Below, in pieces: positions 1 to 11,562 of a DNA stretch of 64,000 nt; within the stretch, counting starts at the first letter, position 1, and each line of letters opens with the position of its first letter. The position numbers were made by a program, and so were the translations under genes. Below the pieces are notes generated by a model. It saw nothing but the letters and a program-made list of their open reading frames with translations, was not told the origin of the DNA and made no database searches. This DNA comes from Leucoraja ocellata (taxonomy: Eukaryota). The stretch is taken from positions 2,170,001-2,234,000 of the forward strand of contig JAWMAR010000079.1 of assembly GCA_036785375.1 (NCBI GenBank), written 5' to 3'.

Positions 1-335
1 AAATAGGCAAACCTCAACTGCAGTATATGTGGAAGGATGGAAGTGGAGGAAGAAGGCATGCACTCCCTTCATTTCCAGCCATCAAAAAAATAAACACCAA
101 TCAAAATTGCACATGCTGGAAATCTGAAATAAAGAGAAATCAAGGAGAGAAAGAATTAGCATTTCAGATGAATGGTCTTGTATTACCAAATGAGGCCAAA
201 AATATGTGTGCACATTTCCTCTAAAATTAATATCCTGTACATGTCCTTGGCCTCAATTATGCCAGAGATGGGGGTAATTCTCTATGGCTAAGTTTTGTGT
301 GAGAAAACGGGAAGGGCACGACAACGATTAGTTAC

Positions 336-875
336 CAGATCGCACCAGATCTTCGGACCACATCACACCCATCCTCACTCAGCTCCACTGGCTCCCTGTG
401 CACCACCGGATTAACTACAAGATTTTACTGCTGACCTTCAAAGCCCTACACCACCTTGCTCCCCAATACCTCTCTGACCTGCTGCTACCATACACTCCTT
501 CCCGGTCACTTCGTTCCTCCTCAGCTGCAATTTTAACCGTCCCCACATTTAGACTCAGCACCATGGGTGCCAGAGCCTTCAGCTGCTCTGCCCCACGTCT
601 CTGGAACACTCTTCCACCTCCCATCCATCACCTGGACACTATCGATCAATTCAAATCACAACTCAAAACACACCTGTTTAGATTAGCATACCCGACATAA
701 CTTCCACCATGTTCACCCTGATTTTAATGACTTTAAATGTTTTGTGTTTTTTTTTTGTTTTTTTTGTTTTTAATCAACTTGATTTTAATATTGATATATG
801 TATTGTGATTTTATGTCCTGTGTCCTTGGGTGTCCAGAAAGGCGCCAGCAAATAAAATGCATTATTATTATTATT
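336..875 (+). mobile_element. 5'-truncated L2-clade LINE (ORF2 C-terminus, 3' UTR, (ATT)n tail)
   Basis: Translation HITPILTQLHWLPV..INYKILLLTFKALH..YTPSRSLRSS..GARAFSCSAPRLWNTLP..FKSQLKTHLF is the typical L2 ORF2 end. It finishes in AATAAAATGC(ATT)n and is flanked by the direct repeat ATTAGTTAC at 327-335 and 876-884. Confidence 0.9.
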
Positions 876-899
876 ATTAGTTACATCTCTGAGATAGAA

Positions 900-1280
900 G
901 GTATTTAGTTTAGCGATGCAGCATGGAAAAAGCCCCTTTGGCCCAACGAGTCCGTGCCGACCATCAATCACCCATTCACACTAGCTCAATGTTATCCTAC
1001 TTTTGCATACAATCCCCACAAATCAGAGGCAATGCAGACGCAAACTACAAACCATAGACACAAAAACCTGGAGTAACTCAGCGGGACAGGCAGAGAAAGA
1101 ATGAGTGACATTTCAAGTCGAGACCCTTCTTCAGACTTACAAATCGTACGTCTTTGGTATTTAAGAAGGAACTGCAGAACGTGCAAACACCACACAGACA
1201 GCACCCAAGGTCAGGATAGAACCCGAGTCTCTGGTGTTATGAGGCAGGAGCTCTATCAGCTGCACCATTGTACCATCCAG
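900..1280 (-). mobile_element. tRNA-derived V-SINE (HE1-like), interrupted by a Penelope-derived short repeat at ~1057-1137
   Basis: Similar to the SINE copies at 2645-2929 and 25585-25902. The insert AGACACAAAAACCTGGAGTAACTCAGCGGGACAGGCAG..GAGACCCTTCTTCAGACT matches the copies at 61305 and 62980. Confidence 0.75.
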
Positions 1281-2257
1281 TAGTGCATTTGTGAAAAGTG
1301 TAGTTGCCAGGCCTGAAATAAGACGGCCAGCATTAGGATGGGAAGACTACAAGCAAAGTGCTTAAGACGGAAGGCAAGATGGTGACAAAGATAGAATCGA
1401 TTTTAATGAAATGAGAGAACAGAAAGAGTTGGACACAAAATTGTTAGCATTGTTGATTGATTCTTTATTATCACGACATGTCACAGTGAAATTCGGTTTT
1501 GCGTACCATTCACAAAATATGCAAAGAATCGCCACGTAGTTACAAAGTGTTCAATGTACTCCCCAAAGATCCTTCTTGGTTCTCGAGCTGTCTGGCCTCC
1601 GGCACCCACCATGAGCCTGCCAGGTCCTCTCTTGGAAAGCTCTGCAGCGCTCGCCAGGAACTTCCGGTGGCCTACCTTGCTCCACAATGGACCACCTTGC
1701 TTCTCGACAGTCCAACTCGCTCCTCGACAACCCACCTCAATGTTTGCTCACAGGTCCATACTTGCTCTTGTGGCACGGGTCCTGTCGACGTCTATGCCGA
1801 GCCAGTTCTATCAGATGGGCACGACATCCCCGGCGGGCAATGGAGGGTCTACCCCCACTCACTGGGAACAGTTGATGCCAAATTGTAGACAATATTGATG
1901 ACAAATTCATTTTTACAGAGCTGGAAGATCAAGTCTGAAAGGAAGGCAGTGAGTAGGGTTTAAAGGGTGGTAAACAGAATTGGGAAAAGTCAAAGTACTT
2001 GGATCTCTTATTCAGAAACATAAAGACTGATAATCAAGTCTAGAGAGTCATGTATTTAATTTGAATGCTCATGTGCAATAGAAAAAGTACAATGAAATTC
2101 TTACTGCTACTTTGGGGGCACATTAATGCAACAATACAACAAATAAATATACAATAAACATTAATAGGTGACAGGTCTCTAAAAGGTGAGAGGTAGTGGG
2201 GATACTGTGTATCAACTGTACGATACAGAAGACTTTCCATCTTCCATCTGTAACTAA

Positions 2258-2373
2258 AGGGCCTGTCCCACTAACGCGACTTTTCAGCAACTGTGTTCGA
2301 CCTTCAAGCTCGAGGGCACTCGCCTGAAAAACCTCGAGCTGGATCGACCATCAGCGATGAAACCGCGAGCTGG
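2258..2373. mobile_element. Truncated PIF/Harbinger-type MITE (one terminus only)
   Basis: TAA followed by AGGGCCTGTCCCACT, the same terminus as the elements at 5110, 10660, 11375 and 39468. No matching right TIR found. Confidence 0.6.
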
Positions 2374-2644
2374 TCTTACCTTTGTAAACACGTCGGGACC
2401 TAAACACTTCTGCATGGCCCTATGCCGCCAGCAGACAGTGCAGCCAGCTCAGGTTGGACCAAGCTCGAGGCGGATGAAAGCTTCAAAACAAAGAATCCCT
2501 GATAACTTCATATGGGCCTTCTCTTCTCTTCCCGTGCAAGGACTGTGTGAGGTGTCGAGGGAAGAGGCCAGCAAAGGCCCGGCCGGGCGGGGCGCGCCAA
2601 GGGAAGCACCACGTGCACCACGTGCGCACCCACCGTCCTAACGG

Positions 2645-2929
2645 CCCCAACGGATAAACAGGCCCTTCGGCCCCACCGAGTCCGCGCTGACGAGCAATTT
2701 CCCCGTCCGTCCCTCCCACATTAACACACACGCTTGGGACAATTTTACCAAAGCCCAATTAACCTACAAACCTATAGGTCTTTGGAATGTGGGAGGATGC
2801 CGAAGATCTGGGAGAAAACCCACGCAGGTCGCGAGGAGAACGTACCAACTCCGTGCAGACAGCGCCCGTAGTCGGGATCGAACCCGGGTCTCTGGCGCTG
2901 TGAGGCAGCAGCTCTACCGCTGCGCCACC
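2645..2929 (-). mobile_element. tRNA-derived V-SINE (HE1-like), well preserved
   Basis: Minus strand reads GGTGGCGCAGCGGTAGAGCTGCTGCCTCACAGCGCCAGAGACCCGGGTTCGATCCCG (A and B boxes), then a central conserved domain and a CR1-like tail (GGGCCGAAGGGCCTGTTT). Confidence 0.88.
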
Positions 2930-3360
2930 TCCCTGCCGTCCTGTTAACGGTCGGACATTAACGGAGGCCTCGTCCCTGCCGTCCTCGTCCTTCACGAACC
3001 GAGTAAGTCAGTGCAACCGATGGTCGCTCGGTCAAAGCGCAGCTGCGGCAGGACAGCGCTCCCTCCCTCCCTCAGCCCCAAAGACTACGACTGCCACCGA
3101 GATGGATGAGGTGTGGGTCTGGAGCGGCCTCTGGGACAGCGCTAGACCACGACAAATGGCTTTCGTTCTGAATCCCGTCCTTCAAAAGGGTCTGCTTCCC
3201 TTCCTCGGTTGTGTTCAGGGATTGTGGTGATGTTAAACGTCTCCAAGTGCTGCAGCCAGTAAGTGTTTTTTATTTATTTAGCACGCCCTCCCATCTCCAT
3301 CACTAGTCTCTGCCGAATGTCTCCTCGACATCACCTCGCCCAAGCGGCGAGCAATCGACA
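2930..3360. promoter_or_regulatory. CpG-rich putative promoter (possibly bidirectional)
   Basis: Non-repeat GC/CpG-rich sequence in an AT-rich background, with ACTACGACTGCCA (~3085) resembling the ZNF143/THAP11 ACTACNNNTCCCA motif and GTAAGT donors at 3003 and 3259. Confidence 0.5.
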
Positions 3361-4094
3361 CAGAAATATAGGAACACTTCCAGTCTTATCACAACTCGGA
3401 ATCTTTTGGTTTTTTTCTGGCAAATAAAACATGTAGTTCACGGCACTTTCCTGGTCCATACGTACCTCAGGAAAAGTTTCAAATACCAGAATTTGAAACT
3501 CAAGGGAACTTGAGAGCCAGGGGATTTTGTTAAGACTCCTGGAGTGGGAACTGTAGGCACTAACATACTTACTCAAGTTTTACTAGCTGGGTCAGATAAC
3601 CTGGGTTTAGGCTAGGACCTTTAGGTGTGACAGTAAGACCATTATCAGCAAAAAGTCGATCTGGAAATGTAAACCAGGTTGTGCTGTGGAGCCCCATATA
3701 TATCTGTCTGTAAAGCAAGCTGACAGTTTAATATGCAGCTACACAGAGGGAGTTTAAAGGAGTCTTTGCAGATTCAGCCAATAAAAGGAACATGACTTAA
3801 CTTCCAATAAATTACTTCATCTTGCTTTTTTAGAGTTTGAAATTTAACTATTTACTACATTTAACAATCAGTTTGGTTGAAATGTTAATCTCCCTCATTT
3901 CCATCTCAGAGGTCATTGTGTCTTTGAATGCTGTAATGGGGCTGAAACACACAATCTTAGCTGGAGCTGAGCATATTGTTTTCCAAACATTTCTATGGGC
4001 ACGATTTCCTTCAGATCAACTATAAAATTGTACTCTTTCTGTTCTTGGTTTCTTGACCCTCCAAAATATTCCAAATGGAATTTAAACGAGGTGG

Positions 4095-4690
4095 TGGAGG
4101 GAGGACTTAAGCCAGAAGAGTTATTGGGAAGAAAGAGCTACCTTAAATTTAGTTGCATCTGAGATAGTAGGGTTGAGATTATTCCATGCTTTAATTGTGC
4201 GGGGGGAAGAACAAATTGCTGTACACATCTGTCTTGGTAGCTGAAATCACAAATTGGATCGAATATCCTCGTCTCCTCCTAATTGGTTTGGGTTTGGTGT
4301 AGGTCTTGTAATCTATGTCGAGCTGACCATTTAACATTTTGTAAAAACAGCTTCACGTCTGTCTTGGAGAGGGTTCCACCCCAGAGAATTCAGAAGTTTG
4401 GTAATACTCGCTTCTCTCTCATAGGTGTTAGTAACAAATTGAGCTGCCTGTCTTTGGACACATTCGATGGAAGAATTTTTTTTATTTGTGTATGGGTCCC
4501 ATGCTGCAACTGCGTAATCCAAATGAGGTCTAACGAGGGTGAAGTATAGGTTCTCCTTGACAGACGTTGAACAATAATGAAAGTTGCGCCTCAGAAAATT
4601 TAGGACGCCTGTTACTTTCACCGTTGCATGATGAGTCTGACCATTCCAACGCAGATCATTCTGCAATTTGATGCCAAGATACTTGTTATT
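4095..4690 (-). mobile_element. Non-LTR retrotransposon 3' fragment (CR1/Crack/Daphne-like RT C-terminus)
   Basis: ORF 4331-4666: LNFLRRNF..LYFTLVRPHLDYAVAAWDPYT..IECVQRQAAQFV..SITKLLNSLGWNPLQDRR, a post-RT motif set of CR1-group LINEs. Confidence 0.82.
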
Positions 4691-5109
4691 TTAAGGTACA
4701 TGGAAAGATCCTGTAATTTTACCCCATTCCAAAAAATATGAACCTACAACTGATATTACTTAGAAACGGAACAGACTCTTTGGTAACTTTGACCAGTAAA
4801 AACTGGAGAATAATAAGTGATTTGATTGGTTGCTTAAATGCTGATATCAGGAAATCCTGATTATGCAATGAACTCCACAAATAACATTAAACAAAATGCG
4901 ACAAAAGCACGTAGCATCTGTGGAGAGGGGGAGAAAAACAGTAAATTTTCAGTTCATCAGCAACAGAAAAATGTAAAAATTAAACATATTTTAATTCGAG
5001 GAAAGGTGTAAGAAAGAAGAAAGCAAATGTTGATGATGAGATGAAAAGAAATACTGAATGATACATGTCATGGTGCCTACAGAGAGAGGCCAAACAATTA
5101 AGAAACAAA

Positions 5110-5824
5110 TGGGCCTGTCACTCTTAGGAGTGCAGTCGTCACATGTTTGCGGGCGGTTGCCGGGGAGTCGCCTTCATGGTCGTGAGGTGTTCCCGCATTC
5201 TGGGAACTAGTCGCGGCCTCATTATGACATGTTGAAAAATTAGCGGCGACTAGCATGGAGCCGCCATGGAGAGTAGCGAGAATTCTAGTGCCGTAGGTGG
5301 GTCGCCAGGAGGTTCTAGTGGGTTGCCAGGTCGAAGGTTCTCGCAGGTTGAGGCCGGTGCTGACCGGTGAATTTCATTGGCACATTGGGGGGAAAAAACG
5401 TAAGCAGTAGATTTCAGAACCAAGGGTAACCGACCGGTAATGTTAAATGTCTGCCGAGTTTCACAGTCGTGTACCTCTGGCTTCTTAAAGTTGTCTCCAC
5501 TCCTTCTCCCCCCTCCCCCCTCCCCCCTTTTAAAGGATTTACCATACACTGTGCTCAGCCGTCTTAATTACAGCGCCAACCTTCCTGTTCTTCTCGATGT
5601 GTGTCTGTATCACCTTGGCTTTGCACCGTGTGAATTTCATTGAGACAGTGCCCCCCCCGCCCCCCGCTTGCCCTGTCCCCCGCCTGCATAACGGGCTGAT
5701 AAAGGAAGCGATGTGTGTGTGTGTTCCACTCTGACAGTCGTCGTTCCAGTTGCCAGTTTTTCAGGGGACTGCCGGCAACTTGACAGTCGCCCGCCTGAAA
5801 AATCGCCTAAGCGGGACAGACCCA
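5110..5824. mobile_element. PIF/Harbinger-type MITE, ~715 bp
   Basis: Termini TGGGCCTGTC... and ...GCGGGACAGACCCA followed by TTA. The internal sequence is the reverse complement of the element at 10660-11371. Confidence 0.8.
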
Positions 5825-6996
5825 TTACAATACTCTCAACCCTGCCTTAAAAATATTTAAATCTATTAGGATGGGAAGACTTTCACTGCTCTTTGAATAA
5901 AAGAGTTTCAATTCCTCATTACATGTGAGAGAAAACATTGTTTCAACATTATCTAAATGGGCGAAACTTAATTTCTCATCAGTGACCCTTAGTTTTAAAT
6001 TTTACCACAAGAAGAAACATTCTCTCCACATTCACCCTGCGAAGATGTGTCAGATCTATATTTCTGTCAGATGTGTCCAACAACAGGTTTCTCAACAGAA
6101 ACAAAATGCTTTTCAATAAATCAAATTGCCTGCTGAAGGATACTGAAGTAGAAAATGAAGTAACAGAGTAATACATCTGAATTTTGTTTTTAAATGTTTG
6201 TGTTCATGACAGACACCACCTGAAGTTCAGGAGGGAAAAATGAGCAAATGGAGAAGGGAAATGGTGTTTCTATGTCATTATGAAGACCTACACGTTTGTG
6301 TAAAAGAACCCAAAGGGCAGAAATGGGTGATTCTTCAGTAAGTGTCTACTTTTAAGTTTCTGAAAAAACGATTATAAAACTTAAATTTTTACAATTTTGA
6401 ATGTTGTTTCACACAGATGAACATCTCTATTTGGGAAAAATATTTGGCGCAATCTTTTAGAGAATTTAATTTATTTTTTCCTCTTCTTTTTCCAGGTTGG
6501 CCATTGCATTCAGTCATACCCGTTGCATTTTTATGATGAACAATGCTGTAAAATATAACTGATTTAAGAATATAAAATCACATTTTTGTCCCAGTCTTTC
6601 AAATTATAATCTTCCTCAAATAAACCACCCAAAAAGTACTTTTTCAGTCTAAGGCATTGTAACCATTTACTGCCGAAAAGGTGATTTTCAGCAAGAGTGG
6701 TAACTGTCACATAACTTTTCACCAACTTCCTCTAAAACAATATTAATCAGATGAATAGGCAGAATCATACTATTCATTTATCAATTAGCATTGATAATTA
6801 TGGTCATTGTTGTATTATTTTACACATTATGAGCATAAAATACTCATGTGACGGACATGACTCAGCGTGATGGAGATGATCAAGTTCGGGACTGCCGCAA
6901 GACGGAGATGACTAAGACTATTTTAAGGCTCCAACAGTTTATTAAAGGTTGAGAACAGGAAGCAACGTATGAACAGGGATCAGTGTTTCCTTCACT

Positions 6997-7161
6997 GGAG
7001 ATGGAGCTGTAGCTGAAGATATAAAACAATTAAACAAAAAAAGGATAAGTTGAAGGAGGTAGAGCAGGAGATGGAGCTAGATCTGGAGCTGGAGTTGGAG
7101 ATGGAGCTGAAGATGGAGCTAGAGCTGGAGCTGGAGTTGGAGATGGAGCTGGAGATGGAGC
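6997..7161. repeat. Hexamer-based tandem repeat (GGAGCT/GGAGAT)n
   Basis: Repeated GGAGATGGAGCT(G/A) units, broken by A-rich ATAAAACAA..AAAAAAGGATA blocks that are themselves repeated. Confidence 0.85.
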
Positions 7162-10100
7162 AATAAAACAAATAACCAAAAAAGGATATACCTGGTCTGG
7201 GAGATCGGGGGTTAAGTGACGGAGATGAGCGTTATGGATATGATGGCCTAAACCTGTAGCCCAGCATGGCCTTGCCAGAAGGCGATGCCTGGCGATATTG
7301 TTTGGATGTATAGTGAGACTCCTGGGATCAAGGAATGTGACTATTGATTGGAGACATGATCACATAATCCAGACTGACACAAGGGCAATATCATTAGACG
7401 ATATATGAATGAAGCATTGAACAAAAGCCCCAGCTGACTTTCCAGATAATATAAATTGCATGGCATCATTCTTAACAGTAGCAGGAGAGTTTAATTTAGG
7501 TTTAACAAGGCCAATATATGTATCTCATCCTAACATCACAGGCACATGTTATCTGGCCAACCTTGTGGGAGTTTGCTGTGTGCAGTTTTTGTGCTGATTT
7601 CAGAGAAGTGGAAGTGAAATAAAAGAAACATTTGATTGAGTGCCATCAAGGGGCCCTGGAATACTGAGTAAATGATTGGAATTATACCTGGCACAAAGAA
7701 AGATAGATGTGGTTGCCAGACCAGTGTCCCACCCCAGTGACAGGACAAACTACAGGAGTTCTTCAGGGTGTTCAGTGATGATTAGACAATATTCAATATT
7801 TTTTGTAACTTACAGGCAAATGATGCAGTGCAAGCATGCAGGCAGCAGGACCCAGACAACATTCAGGCATTGGCTGGAAAATGGCATGTAATATTCACAC
7901 TGCGAATATGCCAGGCAATGACCATTTCCAACAAAAGAGACAACCATCTAATGGTGATATCTGCAAGATCAGATCAGCCACAATCTTATTGAAAGACATA
8001 GCAGGCTCAAGGGGCAAATACTTCTAACTTGTGTAATTGAACATGTTCTGTGGCATTACCATCACAAAGTCCTGAACTTTCAGTATTCTGGAATTCAACG
8101 CTCACCAGAAACTCAACTGAACCAGCCACATAAATATTGCAGCAATAAGAGTAGATCAGAGAATGAGTATCATGTATTGAATTGAATTCCTTTATTGTCA
8201 TTCAGACCTTAAGGTCTGAATGAAATTTCGTGCCAAGGAATAAGTGACAAAACGAAAAAAAACAACACAAAAAAGTAAAGACAAACGGACTGCAGGCGAG
8301 CCGCAGCCGTTCACCAGCGCCGCCACTTCCGGAGATGGGAGATGGCTCGCTTCCTGATACCCGAATGTATTTCTACCATTGGAAGGCACTGGTCAGGGAT
8401 TTGATGAAATACTGTCTGCTTGCTTGGTTGATTGCATCTCTAAAAGCTCTAAAAAAAAGTAGCAATCCACGACCAACATCTCTTGACTGTCATCTCATTG
8501 GCCACCTTAATCACTTATTCCTTGCAACATAAATTCACAGTGCCTGCAGTATGTGCCACCTACTGAATGAACAGAAGTTAAACTATTCTGATTTGCAAAC
8601 AGTCCTTCAAGATCTCTGGCTTTAAATCGTTGAGGACATCTTCCCCAGGAATATTTTGAGAGCACATTTACCAGCAAGAATATAACAGTTCAACAAAGTG
8701 GCACCCAATCACCTGTGGAAGGGCATTTAGGGATGGTCAGTAAATGTTGACCCTGCCAGTGACAGCCGGGTCCCAAATGTGAATGGGATTCTACCAATCA
8801 CTTCCGATGGAAAGGTGCATGGCATCACCATTCCATTACAGTCATCTCGCAAAAAATTATATGGACCAGGCTTACTTTAATTCCCCAAAACATAGGAACT
8901 GCAAAGCTTCTCAAAATTCAATAAAACTTTTCCAACTCAGAATATCCCAAAGTATTTCATGGCAAATTAAGCTGTCATATATGTGCACAATAAGATCCCA
9001 CAGACACCAACAAGGGAAATAACAGTGCTTGAGTGACAAAGGTTGGCCAGGACAGCAGCAGAACAGTTGCTCATCAAGTAATAGATGTTAAATCCTGTTG
9101 CGAAGAAGGACCAGAGATCTGCATGTAACCTCATCAATAGGAAACATCCAGAGTAATGCAATACCCACTCACTTGCCCATTTGAGCAGTAGCTTACTCTC
9201 AATGTTAAAGCCTCTGGATTGGGACCTGAATTCACAATTTCATTTTCCGAGGCAGGCATGCTGCCCCTTGGATCCAAGCCTGACATCAATTCCATTGGCC
9301 ATATGTTTTGACTAAATAAAATAGTGCAATCCATAACACCAAGATCAACAACAGATTATTAAGTTGTATTATTAAGGACATAGGAAACGTGGGCAGGCAT
9401 GACCCACTTGGCTCCTTAAGCTTGTTTTGCCATTCAGTGAGGTCATGGCTGATCTTCCACCTCACAGTGTTTCACATCTGATCCACATCTTCCTTAATTT
9501 TCTCACTGTCCATCAATTCATTGAACTCAGCTTTAAATAACTAAGCACCCGTAGTCTTCTGCGACAGCAAATTTCAAAGACTTACAGCCCCCAGAGTGAA
9601 GAATGTGCTCCTCATCTCAGCTCTCAGACCCTGTTATTCTGAGGTGCATGTGCTCTTCTTGCAGTCAATTTGTGGTGGACAGGCAGTATACACATACGCC
9701 TATTTCATTTTATCTATGGCATTTAAATCTCATTTACACTTTGGGCTGAGTGTTACATGTAGGTAAGCACATTTCTAATCAGAATGATAGATTTCTTACC
9801 CTGCCGAGGATTAGTGAACCAGATTGGTTAAATATGTAATCCAAAAGTTATTGAGGTCATGTCAAATGACTTTTTAAATTTGAGATAATGAACTGATCTT
9901 AAATTTCACAGCTGGTGTGGTAGGATTTGGAGGCAAATTTCAAGATTACTGGCCTTAGATTACAACTGTAGTAATTTAACTATGGCAACATCACCCCCAA
10001 TTAAATGGATAGCTACTTTTAAGTATTAGAAATCCAAAGTAAAAATAATGAAAATAATCCTGCCCCTTTAAATGCAGATTCATATTAGTTTATTGTCATA

Positions 10101-10659
10101 TTTACCAGTGTGCAACAAAATCCCTTATTCGCATTAAGCAAATGGAGTACATATGCTAATGGTAGATACAACAATGATAAATATAACAATGATAAACATA
10201 ATCCTGGTTCATGGAATTACTCAGTTTAATTTCCTAATTGTATTATCAGGACCAAAAAAACAATGGAGACACAGGCGGAGGAAGACGTGGACCAATTGGT
10301 GTATTGGGCGGCAGATACTAACTCTCAACCAATTATTGAAAAAGGTAGGTGGGACAGAAATAGTTACACTTTGGCAATTAATCAGCTGAAGTTATGGTCA
10401 TTTCCACCACATTTGTGGACCACACGTTGCAATTCATTACACTGACTGCATAAATTCTTCCATGCATCCACCTGACCCCTTGCCCACAAATGTATATCTG
10501 CATCAACTCCTCATAATGCCAATGCGAGCAGCTTTTCAATGCCTAATTCACTTAAACTTTACTGGCTAACTGCCCTAAATAATTACATTCTTCAACAAGA
10601 CTGGGTGAGAGACAATGTTTTGCTGATATTAAAAAAATAAGTACAGGGTTACAGAGTTA

Positions 10660-11371
10660 TGGGCCTGTCCACGTACGCGATTTTTCAGGCGACTGTCAAG
10701 TTGTAGCAGGTCGCTGAAAAATCGGCGACTGGAACGGCGATGTTCAGAGTGGAACACACACTGCTGCCTTCACCAGCCAGTTATGCAGGCGGGGGACAGT
10801 GCAAGCGGGGGGGGGGGGGGGGGGAGCGCTGTCTGAGTATAATTCACACGGTGCAAAGCCAATGTTATACAGACACACCACGATGGTTGGCACTGTAATT
10901 AAGACGGTGAAAGCACAGTGTACAGGAAGGGTCACTTAAGTCCTTTAAAAGAGGGGCGGCGAGGGGGGAGTTGGGGTGGGGTGAAGTAGTGGTGACAACT
11001 TTTACGAAACCAGGGATATACGACTGCGAAGCTCGGCGGCCATTAGCATTGACGGTCGGTTTCCTTGGTTCTGAAAACTACTGTTTACATTTTTTTTCCC
11101 CAATGAGACAATGAAATTCACCGGTCAGCACCGGCAACAACCTATGACAACCTACGACCTCCTGGCAACCCACTGCCACTGCACCTATGTCACAAGAATT
11201 CTCGTTACTCACCATGGTGTCAAAATTCTGGTCGCCGCTAATTTTTCAACATGTCAAATAAGTTACGAGAATGCGGGAACTACTCACAACTATGCAGGCG
11301 ACACCCCGGCAACGTCCGGCGAACATGTAGCGACCTCATAGTCGCCTAAAAAGTTGCGTACGTGGGCCCTG
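10660..11371. mobile_element. PIF/Harbinger-type MITE, ~710 bp (inverted relative of 5110-5824)
   Basis: TTA|TGGGCCTGTCCACGTACGCGATTTTT ... AAAAAGTTGCGTACGTGGGCCCTG|TTA: TIRs with TTA on both flanks. Confidence 0.82.
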
Positions 11372-11374
11372 TTA

Positions 11375-11562
11375 AGGGCCTGTCCCACTTAGGCAATTTT
11401 TCGGGCGACTGCCGCAAAATTTTCAACATGATGAACATTTTTCGCTGACAGTAGTGACAATTTTTGCTGTCGTAGGTTGTTGCCAGGTGTCGTAGGTGAA
11501 TTCCATTAAAACAGGTCCCTGGCAGTCGCCTAAATACATAAATACTAAGTGGGACAGGCCCT
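11375..11562. mobile_element. Short PIF/Harbinger-type MITE, ~188 bp
   Basis: TIRs AGGGCCTGTCCCACTTAG / CTAAGTGGGACAGGCCCT, flanked by TTA and TGA. Confidence 0.85.

Noticed and set aside
1481-1898. Cluster of overlapping ORFs of 62-129 aa
   Set aside because: No recognisable domain. They lie in a GC-rich repeat-like segment next to a retroposon-type tail (TTGATTGATTCTTTATT).
2870-2929. tRNA-like A/B boxes (also at ~25850 and ~45870)
   Set aside because: These are SINE heads, not tRNA genes, because they continue into the SINE body and tail.
5025-6182. Box C/D-like words (TGATGA at ~5031, CTGA at ~6177) suggesting an intronic snoRNA
   Set aside because: No properly spaced C/D pair with a terminal stem or recognisable rRNA guide.
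10807-10824. Long G/C homopolymers (also ~38143-38163 and ~54767-54783) as G-quadruplex elements
   Set aside because: Simple homopolymers, two of them inside TEs. Their length is unreliable and there is no evidence of function.
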